A DNA stretch of 64,000 bases from an uncultured Oscillospiraceae bacterium (GTDB lineage Bacteria; Bacillota; Clostridia; Oscillospirales; Oscillospiraceae): assembly GCA_944385695.1 (NCBI GenBank), contig CALWYG010000051.1, positions 17,996 through 81,995 of the forward strand, in the 5' to 3' direction. The notes under the pieces were generated by a model. That model did no database searches and was not told where the DNA came from. It worked only from the letters and a program-made list of their open reading frames with translations. The first letter of the stretch is position 1; every line of letters begins with the position of its first letter. Position numbers and translations under genes: made by a program. Shown here piece after piece: positions 29,337 to 38,607 of this stretch.

Positions 29337-30095
29337 TTAGGAAAGTGCGGCATACTCCACCGGGCAGCCGTTGGCCTGATACCGCTCCCGCAGCAATTCC
29401 TGCTGGGCCTGCTCCGGGTCCAGATAAATTTTTCCCGTGTAGCCGTCCATCAGCGCCAGGTGTCCCTCCCATTTCGCGGCCAGGCTTACCTCCACCATGG
29501 AGGGAATGTGGAAGGCACGGATCAGCATGGCGGTGTGGCTATCCAAGCTCCCCTTCCGGGCGATCAGCCCCAGCAGACGGTTTTGATCAAAATCCATTAC
29601 TTCACTGGGGAGAAAATCGTCGGAAACCAGAATGGCGGGGGCTTCCATGCCCAGCTCCTGCCGGTTTCCCATAAGGGCACGGATGACCCGCTGGGAGATA
29701 TCTCGAATATCGGCCGCCCGGGCCCGCATATAAGGACTGTCCATGGCGGAGAATGCGGAGGAAAAGCTGAGCTCCGTCATCTGGACGGCATATTCCGCGG
29801 TGACACCTCGCCCCTGAATCAGGCGGCGGACGGTTTCCACATAATCCCGGTCCTCCAGCAGGAGGCTGTGGATGTTAAAGATAGAGGCGACAGTCTCCCC
29901 CACCTGTTCCCGGGCCCTCAGGTAAAAGGAGTGCAACTCTTCGATGGCGATTTGCTGGGCCTGGTGAAAGCGTGTAATTTCCTGCCTCCAGTTATTTTGG
30001 GTATAGAGCTGAGGGGAGGGCATAGGACGCCGGTAAAAGCACAGACGGCCGGCCACAATCTGCTCCATAATGGGTTTTCCCGTCAATATCTGCAT
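29337..30095 (-). CDS. Stand-alone PTS enzyme I N-terminal region (HPr-binding and phospho-His domains), no PEP-binding domain
   Basis: ASIFNIHSLLLED, YMRARAADIRDI, GSLDSHTAMLIR, LMDGYTGKIYLDP; ends at 252 aa. Confidence 0.8.
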   Translation of the reverse strand: MQILTGKPIMEQIVAGRLCFYRRPMPSPQLYTQNNWRQEITRFHQAQQIAIEELHSFYLRAREQVGETVASIFNIHSLLLEDRDYVETVRRLIQGRGVTAEYAVQMTELSFSSAFSAMDSPYMRARAADIRDISQRVIRALMGNRQELGMEAPAILVSDDFLPSEVMDFDQNRLLGLIARKGSLDSHTAMLIRAFHIPSMVEVSLAAKWEGHLALMDGYTGKIYLDPEQAQQELLRERYQANGCPVEYAALS

Positions 30096-30355
30096 CCTAC
30101 CACCCCCTAATACAGCAGGGAATTATATTTTTTTAGATTATAGCTGTTTGTCTTTGTTTTGTAAAGGCCAGTTTCTTCCAAATCCACCGGATCAAAGGCT
30201 GCCGCCCTATGCAAAAAGTGGGGAGCAATCGGCTGTAATAGCCGGCTTGGAGGGCCGGGAAGGGAAAATTTGCTTTACTAGGATAAATTGATGTGCTATA
30301 ATGTGCCCATACAAATACGCCGCCTCGGCGGTTTTAGTTTTAGGAGGTTGTGACC

Positions 30356-31537
30356 ATGGTTTCGGAACGTATGAAAGGGCTGGGTACTGCCCGGTCTGTG
30401 ATTCGTGAATTGTTTGAGTATGGAAAGATCCGGGCCGCGGAAGTCGGCGCGGAAAATGTATTTGATTTTTCTATCGGAAACCCCAGCGTACCTGCCCCGG
30501 CAGAAGTCAATGAGACGGCCATCCGCCTCCTGCAAGAGCAGCCCGAGCTGATTCACTGCTATACCAGTGCCCAGGGAGATCTGGGGGGCCGGCAGCGATT
30601 TGCCGACTCCCTCAACCGTCGCTTTGGTACAAGCTATTCGCCGGACCGGCTTTATATTACTGTGGGTGCGGCGGCGTCCCTGTGCTGTGTCTTCAACGGT
30701 CTGACCTGTCCTGGAGATGAGTTTATTGTATTTGCCCCTTATTTCCCGGAATACAAGGTATTTATCGAGGGAGCGGGCGCAAAAATGGTGCTGATTCCCC
30801 CGGAGATTGAGGCCTTCCAAATTGACTTTGATGCCTTTGAAAAGGCGCTGACCCCCCACACCAAGGGCGTGGTGGTCAACAGCCCCAATAATCCCTCCGG
30901 TGTCGTCTATTCCAAGCAGACCCTGGAGCAGCTGGCCTCCATTCTGACGGCAAAGAGCCGGGAGTATGGACACCCCATCTATCTCATTTCCGACGAGCCC
31001 TATCGGGAGATTGTGTATGAAGGGTTTAAAGTGGAGTGGATTCCCAGCATTTACCGGGATACCATTGTGTGCTATTCCTTCTCCAAGTCCCTGTCTCTGC
31101 CCGGCGAGCGTCTGGGCTATGTGCTGGTCCCGGAGGATGTGACGGACGGAAATGATGTCTATGCCGCAGTGGCAGGTGCCGGGCGGTCTTTGGGCTATGT
31201 GAACGCCCCTAGTTTGTTCCAGCAGGTTACCTCTCTGTGCTGCGATCTGACCGCCGACCTGAAGGTATATGAGCGGAATGCGCAGCTGCTGGTGGGGGCG
31301 CTGCGGGAAATGGGCTACCATGTGGTGCAGCCCGGCGGCGCGTTTTATCTCTTCCCCCGCAGTCTGGAGGCAGATGATGTGGCCTTCAGCGAGCGGGCGA
31401 AGAAATTTGACCTGCTCATCGTGCCGGGGACCGGCTTTGGTGCTCCGGGCCATGTGCGCATCTCCTACTGTGTTCAGACCGAGATGCTTCAGCGGGCCCT
31501 GCCCAAGTTTAAGGCTCTGGCCGATTCCTATCGCTGA
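30356..31537 (+). CDS. PLP-dependent class I/II (aspartate-type) aminotransferase
   Basis: NSPNNPSG, SDEPY, SFSKSLSLPGERLG; promoter TTTACT-17-TATAAT at 30274-30302. Confidence 0.9.
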   Translation: MVSERMKGLGTARSVIRELFEYGKIRAAEVGAENVFDFSIGNPSVPAPAEVNETAIRLLQEQPELIHCYTSAQGDLGGRQRFADSLNRRFGTSYSPDRLYITVGAAASLCCVFNGLTCPGDEFIVFAPYFPEYKVFIEGAGAKMVLIPPEIEAFQIDFDAFEKALTPHTKGVVVNSPNNPSGVVYSKQTLEQLASILTAKSREYGHPIYLISDEPYREIVYEGFKVEWIPSIYRDTIVCYSFSKSLSLPGERLGYVLVPEDVTDGNDVYAAVAGAGRSLGYVNAPSLFQQVTSLCCDLTADLKVYERNAQLLVGALREMGYHVVQPGGAFYLFPRSLEADDVAFSERAKKFDLLIVPGTGFGAPGHVRISYCVQTEMLQRALPKFKALADSYR

Positions 31538-31703
31538 GGATAAGCGGCGTCCCGATGTGGTGCGGGACGCCGCTTTTTCAGTATATTTTCTTCTTCCCTG
31601 TGGAAAAAGGGAAACCTGTCGAGAGAATAAAAAATAGGAGGGGAAATTTCCTCTTTACAAAGGATGAAAAATCTGTTATAATAGCGGAGCGCAAATGAGA
31701 TGT

Positions 31704-31780
31704 GCGTCCGTAGTTCAATTGGATAGAGCGTCAGATTCCGGTTCTGAATGTTGGGGGTTCGAGTCCCTTCGGGCGTGCCA
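31704..31780 (+). tRNA. tRNA-Arg(CCG)
   Basis: Anticodon arm tcaga-ttCCGgt-tctga, GGTTCGAGTCC, CCA end; TTTACA-17-TATAAT promoter at 31654-31682. Confidence 0.95.
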
Positions 31781-31947
31781 AACCAGGATAGATCGTAAGG
31801 TCTATCCTGGTTTGTTTTTTATTTTAAAGTTTGCCTCTGGTGCCAATCAGGCTTCGTGCGCTGCCCTCGCCTTCTTGGGAAGGGACCCGCAGCGGCCCGG
31901 CGTGCCCCCGGCACACCGGGCTTCGCTTCGGCTTCGGGCGTGCCAAA
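31767..31947 (+). repeat. 16-bp direct repeat of tRNA-Arg 3' end (att-like) enclosing about 150 bp
   Basis: cttcgggcgtgccaaa at 31767-31782 and 31932-31947, each followed by its own terminator hairpin. Confidence 0.75.
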
Positions 31948-32054
31948 AGACGATGTATGAAGTAATTTCGTACATCGTCTTTTGTTTTTTGTCCTTTGTT
32001 GGCATAAAATTCTTGTCCGGAGAAAACCTATGGGAAACAAGAGGAGGCCTGGAG

Positions 32055-32501
32055 ATGAACATTACCAATCGGGATTACGGAAAACTGGTCAGCGAACGTG
32101 CCAAGCCCTCACCCATGGGGAAAAATATGGTGTGGGCCTTTCTGGTCGGGGGCGGAATCTGCACTCTGGGCCAGGGGCTAATGAATTTATACCAGCGCTG
32201 GGGGCTGGACAAAGATCAGGCGGGTACTGCGGTTTCCATTACGCTGATTTTTGTAGCGGCGGTTTTGACTGGGCTGGGAATTTTTGATAAGATCGCCAAG
32301 CGGGCGGGGGCGGGTACTCTGGTGCCTATTACCGGGTTTGCCAACGCCATGGTGTCGCCGGCTCTGGAGTTTAAAAGCGAGGGGCTGATTACCGGTACTG
32401 CCGCAAAGCTGTTTACCGTGGCTGGGCCGGTGCTGGTATTCGGCATGGGAGCCAGTGTGATTTATGGCCTGATTCTCTGTCTTCTGGGATATGGAGCGTA
32501 A
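32055..32501 (+). CDS. spoVAC: Stage V sporulation protein AC
   Basis: AFLVGGGICTLGQ, AGAGTLVPITGFAN, ALEFKSEG; GGAGG RBS before MNITNR. Confidence 0.9.
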   Translation: MNITNRDYGKLVSERAKPSPMGKNMVWAFLVGGGICTLGQGLMNLYQRWGLDKDQAGTAVSITLIFVAAVLTGLGIFDKIAKRAGAGTLVPITGFANAMVSPALEFKSEGLITGTAAKLFTVAGPVLVFGMGASVIYGLILCLLGYGA

Positions 32502-32577
32502 TTGGAATATGCGGCTGCCTTGCGTGAGGGCTGGAATTTTGCTATAATAAAGCAAAAAAGAGAGGGAGGCGGTCCTG

Positions 32578-33936
32578 TTGGAGCTGCTCCAAAGTCAAGT
32601 TCAACATCTCAGCCAACAGCAGCTGCAAAGTGTGGAGCTGCTCCAGATGAGCGCGGCAGAGCTGGAGGAATACCTGCACAACCTGGTCCAAGACAACCCG
32701 GTGGTGGAGCTGGACGACAGCAGGCCGGAGCCGGAGCGTCCCCAGGATGACGAGCTGCTGCGCCGCCTGAAGTGGTTGGATGACAATGACCGGCAAAACC
32801 GATACTATCAGCATGTGGGCGAGGAGGAGCTGGACCCGCTGGCCAGGGTTGGCACAGAGGGGGGACTGGAAGAGACACTGTTTCGGTTTATTTCCCGCCA
32901 GCTCTACACCATGGATCTGGACGAGGACACGGCTCAGACAGTGCGCTATCTGGCTGCCTGCCTGGATGGAGACGGCTATCTTCGGGTAGGTGTAGAGGAA
33001 CTGGCGGCCAATCTGGGGCGGCCCGCAGCGCACGTAGAACGCTGCTTGGAGCTGCTGCGCACACTGGAGCCGGCAGGGGTGGGGGCGGAAAACCTGTCCC
33101 AGTGTCTGGAACTTCAGCTGCTCCGTATCCATGAATGCGGCCCTGCACTGGAGATTGTGCGGCATCATCTGGAGGCGCTGGCCAAGCGGCACTACCGGGC
33201 CATTGCCGCCAAACTGTCCATCTCTGTGGAGGAGGTTCAGCAGGCTGAACGCATAATCCGCGAGCTGGAACCGCGGCCGGGCGCTCCCTTTGAACAGCCC
33301 GGGCAGGTGCAGTACATACTTCCGGATGTGTTTTTGGAGGAAGAGGACGGCGTACTGGTAGCCAAGCTCCGGGGAGGGGAACGGCCCCCTATCCAGGTGA
33401 GCAGCTACTACCGTACACTCCTCAAGCAGTCCGATGACCGGGAGGTTAAGACGTACCTGACAGAAAAGCTGCGCCAGGCGGACGGAGTGCTTCGGGCGCT
33501 GGAGCAGCGGGACAGTACTCTGCGCCGGTGCGCCCAGTGCATTGCAGACTGGCAGCGGGATTTCTTCCGGGAGGGCCCGCGTATGCTGCGTCCCATGCGT
33601 CTGGCCGATGTGGCCAGGGAGTTGGGCCTCCATGAGTCGACCATCAGCCGCGCGGTGCGGGAAAAGTATCTGCAGTGCAGCCGCGGCGTGTACCCCATGA
33701 GCTATTTCTTCTCCCGCAGCGCTACCGCCCAGACCGGCGGCGAGGAGGTGGGGGCAGTGGCTGCCAAGGCACTGCTGAGCCGGCTGGTGGAGCGGGAAGA
33801 CAAGGAACATCCCATGTCGGACCAGAAGCTGTGCGAGGCTATGGCGGAGCTGGGCTGTCCCATATCCCGGCGTACTGTGGCCAAATACCGGGAGGAGCTG
33901 AACATCCCCAGCGCCTCCGGCCGAAAATGGACGTGA
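32578..33936 (+). CDS. rpoN: RNA polymerase sigma-54 factor
   Basis: Q/L-rich region I, HESTISR, RpoN box SRRTVAKYRE. Confidence 0.95.
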   Translation: MELLQSQVQHLSQQQLQSVELLQMSAAELEEYLHNLVQDNPVVELDDSRPEPERPQDDELLRRLKWLDDNDRQNRYYQHVGEEELDPLARVGTEGGLEETLFRFISRQLYTMDLDEDTAQTVRYLAACLDGDGYLRVGVEELAANLGRPAAHVERCLELLRTLEPAGVGAENLSQCLELQLLRIHECGPALEIVRHHLEALAKRHYRAIAAKLSISVEEVQQAERIIRELEPRPGAPFEQPGQVQYILPDVFLEEEDGVLVAKLRGGERPPIQVSSYYRTLLKQSDDREVKTYLTEKLRQADGVLRALEQRDSTLRRCAQCIADWQRDFFREGPRMLRPMRLADVARELGLHESTISRAVREKYLQCSRGVYPMSYFFSRSATAQTGGEEVGAVAAKALLSRLVEREDKEHPMSDQKLCEAMAELGCPISRRTVAKYREELNIPSASGRKWT

Positions 33937-33943
33937 TTGACCA

Positions 33944-33995
33944 AAAAAGACCTCTTCCCCAGGGCGGCGGCCCAGAAGCGGAAGAGGTCTTTTTG
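33944..33995. terminator. Bidirectional terminator
   Basis: aaaagacctcttcc...ggaagaggtctttt. Confidence 0.7.
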
Positions 33996-34030
33996 ATATC
34001 CCCCAACCAGAGGTCGGGGGATATTGCGTA

Positions 34031-35248
34031 TTAGAGGAGCTGTCCCTTGGACTCGGGGATGGAGTGCTTTTCCGCGTAACCGGTGAGGATCAGGGTCAGC
34101 GCGCCGTCGCCGGTGACATTGCAGGCGGTGCCGAAGCTGTCCTGCAGGGCGAAGATGGTGAGCATGAGGGCCGTACCGTCATCCAGGAAGCCGACCACAC
34201 TCATGATAAGGCCCAGGGAGGCCATCACAGTTCCGCCGGGAACGCCGGGAGCACCCACCGCAAAAATGCCCAGCAGGACACAGAAGAGGATCATGGTCCC
34301 CAGAGAGGGCAGGTGTCCATAGAGAATTTTGGAAACCGTCATGACAAAGAACACCTCTGTGAGAACGGAGCCGCACAGATGGATGTTGGCAAACAGGGGA
34401 ATGCCGAAGTCGGTCATGTCCTGACGCAGAACAGGGGACTTTTTGGCGCAGCGCAGGGCGACGGCCAGAGTGGCAGCGGAGGACATCGTACCCACTGCGG
34501 TAAGATAGGCGGGGCCGTAGTAGCGCACGACCTCCCAGGGGTTCTTGCCGGAGTAGAGGCCGGCCAGGGCGTAGAGAATGGTCATCCAGATAAAGTGGCC
34601 GACGATCACAATGAGAATGACAATGAGGAATACGGGCAGCTGACGGGTGATGGAGCCCTCATAGGCCAGACTGCAGAAGGTTCCGGCGATGAAGAAGGGG
34701 AGGATGGGAATGACCACCTTGGTTACTGTGGCCAGTACGATCTTCTGAAACTCATCCAGAATTTCGATGACCGTCCGGGCGCGGGTCCAGGTGGCGGCCA
34801 GACCGATCAGAACCGAGAACACCAGAGCGGACATCACGGACATGATGGGAGCAATCTCCAGGTTGAACAGAAGCTCCGGCAGGTCACGCAGCCCGTCTGT
34901 GGCGGACTGGATGGACAGATTGGGGATAATGATGTAGCCTGCGCCCATGGACATCAGTGCGGCACACACCGAAGAGGTGTAGGCCAGCAGAAGGGCCAGG
35001 CCCAGCATGCGGGAGGCGTTGCTCTGCAGCCGGGTGATGGAGGGAGCAATAAAGCCGATGATAATGAGCGGGACACAGAAGGAGATCAGTGAGCCCATCA
35101 GGGTCTTGAGGGTCAAGATGACCTGCATAATCATGGAGCCGATTTCCACTCCGAACATCCACCGGTCCACGCAGAACAGGCCGATGGCAATTCCCGCCAA
35201 CACACCGATAATCAGTCGGGCGGGCAGACTTGAGAAAAACTTTTTCAT
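34031..35248 (-). CDS. Dicarboxylate/amino acid:cation symporter (SstT-like)
   Basis: TMSSAATL, ANIHLCGS, PGVPGG, QDSFGTACNVTGD. Confidence 0.88.
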   Translation of the reverse strand: MKKFFSSLPARLIIGVLAGIAIGLFCVDRWMFGVEIGSMIMQVILTLKTLMGSLISFCVPLIIIGFIAPSITRLQSNASRMLGLALLLAYTSSVCAALMSMGAGYIIIPNLSIQSATDGLRDLPELLFNLEIAPIMSVMSALVFSVLIGLAATWTRARTVIEILDEFQKIVLATVTKVVIPILPFFIAGTFCSLAYEGSITRQLPVFLIVILIVIVGHFIWMTILYALAGLYSGKNPWEVVRYYGPAYLTAVGTMSSAATLAVALRCAKKSPVLRQDMTDFGIPLFANIHLCGSVLTEVFFVMTVSKILYGHLPSLGTMILFCVLLGIFAVGAPGVPGGTVMASLGLIMSVVGFLDDGTALMLTIFALQDSFGTACNVTGDGALTLILTGYAEKHSIPESKGQLL

Positions 35249-35349
35249 AGCAAACGATCGTTCCTTTCTCCTTAACAATTCCACACACATCGGGAGAGAT
35301 AAAATCATCATATCATGCTATGCGGGAAAAAGCAATTCTGTCCGTCCTT

Positions 35350-35919
35350 TCAGGAAAAAATTGTGTGCTCCAGCAATATTTTTGTGCCCATACCGATGAG
35401 GATAAGCCCTCCGGCCAGCTCAGCCTTGCTTTGAAAGCGGTTGCCGAAGATGGCGCCCAGCTTCACGCCGACACAGGAGAAAACCAGCGTCGTGATGCCG
35501 ATGAGGGATACTGCCGTAAAAATGGGCACGCTGAGAAAAGCGAAGGTAACGCCCACGGCCAGGGCATCGATGCTGGTGGCTACAGCAAGCAGGAACATGG
35601 AGCGCACGCCGAAGGAGCAATCCAGCGCCTCTTCTTCGCCGCTCAGGGCTTCCCGCACCATGTTGAAGCCAATCAGCCCCAACAGCACAAAGGCGACCCA
35701 ATGGTCCACCGAGACGATCATCTGCTGGAAGCGCACGCCCAGCAGCCAGCCCAGCAGAGGCATCAGAGCCTGAAAGCCGCCAAACCACAGCCCGCAGATG
35801 AGACAGTGCCGCCATTTGGGCCGGCCCACGGAGAGACCCTTGCAAACCGATACCGCAAAGGCATCCATGGACAGGCTGACGGCAACGATGAAGAGTTCAT
35901 AAAGCTGCATATCAAACAT
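35350..35919 (-). CDS. mntP: Manganese efflux pump MntP
   Basis: SLSMDAFAVS, ATSIDALAVG motifs; Mn riboswitch upstream. Confidence 0.92.
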   Translation of the reverse strand: MFDMQLYELFIVAVSLSMDAFAVSVCKGLSVGRPKWRHCLICGLWFGGFQALMPLLGWLLGVRFQQMIVSVDHWVAFVLLGLIGFNMVREALSGEEEALDCSFGVRSMFLLAVATSIDALAVGVTFAFLSVPIFTAVSLIGITTLVFSCVGVKLGAIFGNRFQSKAELAGGLILIGMGTKILLEHTIFS

Positions 35920-35941
35920 CCTCCTTGTAAAAAGGGAAAAG

Positions 35942-36060
35942 AAAAAAGACCCACCTGTCCTATGGACAGGTAAGTCTCGTCATTTCAGACCCGACCAGGA
36001 GGGCCGCCCCTCCAGTATGTTGACCGGCTCCCACCTTTATGTGCCGACTACTCCCTTACT
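35942..36060 (-). promoter_or_regulatory. yybP-ykoY (Mn2+) riboswitch with terminator
   Basis: Minus strand aagggagtag...gtcaacata...gacgagact followed by hairpin acctgtcc/ggacaggt and T-run; TTGACA-17-TACACT promoter at 36070-36098. Confidence 0.85.
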
Positions 36061-36238
36061 GTGAGTGTCAGTGTACCATGAGGCACTGCCCATGTCAATT
36101 TATTTTTTTCCAGGGCTGCGTATGCTTGAACTGAGAGAAAACGTGGGGAAAGAAGAAAACAAAGAAAAAATAAAAAAAGTGTTGACACATGATGTTTCCT
36201 GTGGTATCATAAATCCCGCGCTAAGGACAGCGCGGTAT

Positions 36239-36325
36239 GCGCGAGTGGTGGAATTGGTAGACTCGCTGGCTTCAGGTGCCAGTGCTCGCAAGGGCGTGCG
36301 GGTTCGACTCACGCCTCGCGCACCA
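36239..36325 (+). tRNA. tRNA-Leu(CAG), copy 1 (T-stem mismatch)
   Basis: 87 nt, long variable arm, ctggc-ttCAGgt-gccag, CCA. Confidence 0.92.
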
Positions 36326-36469
36326 CCAAAAATCCGGAACCAAAAGGTTCCGGATTTTTTTGTGCAAGGAAAAATCCCGCTGAGGGCGGCGTAATTTTTC
36401 TTCATTTCAGTGTTGACAACTCTGCGTAGGTTGTGGTATCATATTACCTGCGCTGAGAAAGCGCGGTAC

Positions 36470-36556
36470 GCGCGAGTGGTGGAATTGGTAGACTCGCTGG
36501 CTTCAGGTGCCAGTGCTCGCAAGGGCGTGCGGGTTCGACTCCCGCCTCGCGCACCA
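36470..36556 (+). tRNA. tRNA-Leu(CAG), copy 2
   Basis: Same as copy 1 except intact T stem gcggg/cccgc. Confidence 0.95.
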
Positions 36557-36647
36557 AAAAAGGACATCCAACTGGATGTCCTTTTTCATTTTATAAGAAA
36601 GCGGCCCACATCTGTGTGGACCGCTTTTTCATTGCCGTCTGGAGCGA

Positions 36648-38300
36648 TCAAAAGACCAGACCGTACTTCCGAATCCGGTATTGAAGGCTCTGACGGAGAA
36701 TCCCCAGGGTATGGGCAGTTTTGGAAATATTATAGCCGCAGTGCTCCAGAGCCTGGGCGATGATGTCCCGTTCGTAGTCATCCAGCAGGGCCTGCAGGCT
36801 GGTGTTGGAAAAGCTAATGGGCTGAGGGGAGGCGGAGGACTGGGAGGGCTGGTTGCGCAGCAAGTAGGAGGGAAGCTGCTCAGGGTAGAGGACAGTACTG
36901 TCGGAGACATTTTGGGCATAGTCCAGCACATGAAACAGCTCGCGCACGTTGCCTGGCCAGTGATAGGCCCGGAGAATTTCATAAACCCTGGGGTCCACCC
37001 GGGCAATGCTGTGGACATACTGGTGGGCGGTGGAGCGCAAATGATATTCCGTGAGCAGTTCCAAATCCTCCAGGTGCTCCCGCAGAGGAGGAAGCTCAAT
37101 CATTACGGTGGACAGCCGGTAGAAGAGGTCCCGGCGGAACTGATTTTCAGAGATGGAGCGGAAGGGGTCCTCATTGCAGGAGGAGATGATCCGCACGTCC
37201 AGCTTCAGATCCTTGCTGCCGCCCACCCGGCGGAAGGTGTTTTCCTGGAGAACGCGCAGAAGCTTGGACTGCATGGTCAAACTCATGGAATTGAGCTCGT
37301 CCAAAAAAAGAGTTCCGCCGTTGGCTTCCTCAAAGTACCCCGGCTTATCCTCACTGCCGGTAAAACTGCCCTTTTGCGTGCCAAACAGGAGACTTTCGAT
37401 GAGGGTGTCCGGAATGGCGGCGCAGTTGATGGCTAGAAACTTTTTGCTGCTGCGTGGACTGGCGCGGTGAATGCTTTGGGCAAAAATTTCCTTTCCTGTT
37501 CCGGTTTCTCCCACTAAGAGAATGCTGCTGTCCTGACTGGCTACCCGCTTGGCCAGCGCCACGGCATCCTGCAGCTTTTGTCCCTGGCCGATCACATTAT
37601 CAAAGGTGTAGCCGGAAAAGGAGATGCGGGTGCCCTGAGCGGCATATTCCCGCAGCGCCCGCTGAGTGGCCTCCATGCGCTGGATGTTCCCTTTGAGCAG
37701 ATCCTCGGTCTGTTCAAACACAACCGCGCCCACCAGACTGCCCTCTTTCATAATCGGGAAGGAAGTGTTGGCAGTGGCCAGGGTAGTGCCGTTGCTGGTG
37801 TGGAAGCGGTCCACCCGGTTGATCACCGGGGACTGGGTACGCAGAGTGGTAATGGTGGTACTGATTTCCTCGTTGAGGTTGTAGAGATCCAGCAGGTGCC
37901 GCCCCTCAATTTGAACGCCGTCGGGGATACGGGAGATTTTTCGGCTGGCCTTGTTGAAAAAAACTGCTTGGGCGTCTTTGTCGTAGATCTGGACTCCCTC
38001 ATTGCAGTGGTCCAGGGCACGGGCAAAGAGAAACAGCCGCTCATCCGCCCGGGATAACAGAAGATATCTTGCCCCACCGGGAGCGGGCAGAAACTGGAAG
38101 GAAAAGGAGTCCTCATCCCAGGAAAAGGTCCCCTCCTCCTGGCCCGGAGGCAGAGCAAAGACCTTATGGACCAACCGCCCCTGAGCAATCCAGGCCTCAA
38201 AAAGCAGCCCATAGGTCTTCCGTGCGCTTTCGCTGCCCCAGGCGACGTAACGCAATACCCCCGCTTCATCCACCGTGAACCGAACATCATAAAAAGCCAT
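36648..38300 (-). CDS. Sigma-54-dependent enhancer-binding activator (PAS-AAA+-HTH, RocR-like)
   Basis: GETGTGKE, ESLLFG, GSFTGS (GAFTGA variant), FLDE, FRRDLFYRL, WPGNVREL, Fis-type HTH; GGAGG RBS before MAFYDV. Confidence 0.9.
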   Translation of the reverse strand: MAFYDVRFTVDEAGVLRYVAWGSESARKTYGLLFEAWIAQGRLVHKVFALPPGQEEGTFSWDEDSFSFQFLPAPGGARYLLLSRADERLFLFARALDHCNEGVQIYDKDAQAVFFNKASRKISRIPDGVQIEGRHLLDLYNLNEEISTTITTLRTQSPVINRVDRFHTSNGTTLATANTSFPIMKEGSLVGAVVFEQTEDLLKGNIQRMEATQRALREYAAQGTRISFSGYTFDNVIGQGQKLQDAVALAKRVASQDSSILLVGETGTGKEIFAQSIHRASPRSSKKFLAINCAAIPDTLIESLLFGTQKGSFTGSEDKPGYFEEANGGTLFLDELNSMSLTMQSKLLRVLQENTFRRVGGSKDLKLDVRIISSCNEDPFRSISENQFRRDLFYRLSTVMIELPPLREHLEDLELLTEYHLRSTAHQYVHSIARVDPRVYEILRAYHWPGNVRELFHVLDYAQNVSDSTVLYPEQLPSYLLRNQPSQSSASPQPISFSNTSLQALLDDYERDIIAQALEHCGYNISKTAHTLGILRQSLQYRIRKYGLVF

Positions 38301-38364
38301 GCCTGCGCCTCCTTTGCAGGGTTTTCTTTCAGCATAGCGGACGCCCATGTTCCTGTCAAGTAAA

Positions 38365-38402
38365 ATGCAAAAATTTATTGCATAACGCAAAAGAATTTTG
38401 CG
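38365..38402. promoter_or_regulatory. Two tandem palindromic upstream activating sequences
   Basis: atgcaa-aaattta-ttgcat (38365-38383) and cgcaaaa-gaa-ttttgcg (38386-38402), RocR-like GCAAAA..TTTTGC, about 120-160 bp upstream of the -24/-12 site. Confidence 0.7.
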
Positions 38403-38521
38403 GTCTAACAAACTGGGTATATGGGAAAATAAAAAGGAAAAGGACTGATTTTTGGCTATACTATATAATAACATGAAAGACAGATTGTGAAAGAACGACA
38501 AAAATCCAGGGGGAGAAAACG

Positions 38522-38538
38522 TTGGCCCCAGATTTGCT
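38522..38538 (+). promoter_or_regulatory. Sigma-54 (-24/-12) promoter
   Basis: TTGGCCCCAGATTTGCT: GG-N10-GC with TTGC, divergent from the activator gene. Confidence 0.75.
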
Positions 38539-38607
38539 TTCATAGTATAATATCACTCAAGGAAGGGAGGGTATGCCAGCGCGGCGCGCTGGTATACAAA
38601 GAGAAAC

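Noticed and set aside
31695-32054. N-terminal extension of spoVAC in the ORF track
   Set aside because: Runs through tRNA-Arg and two terminators; the real RBS precedes ATG 32055.
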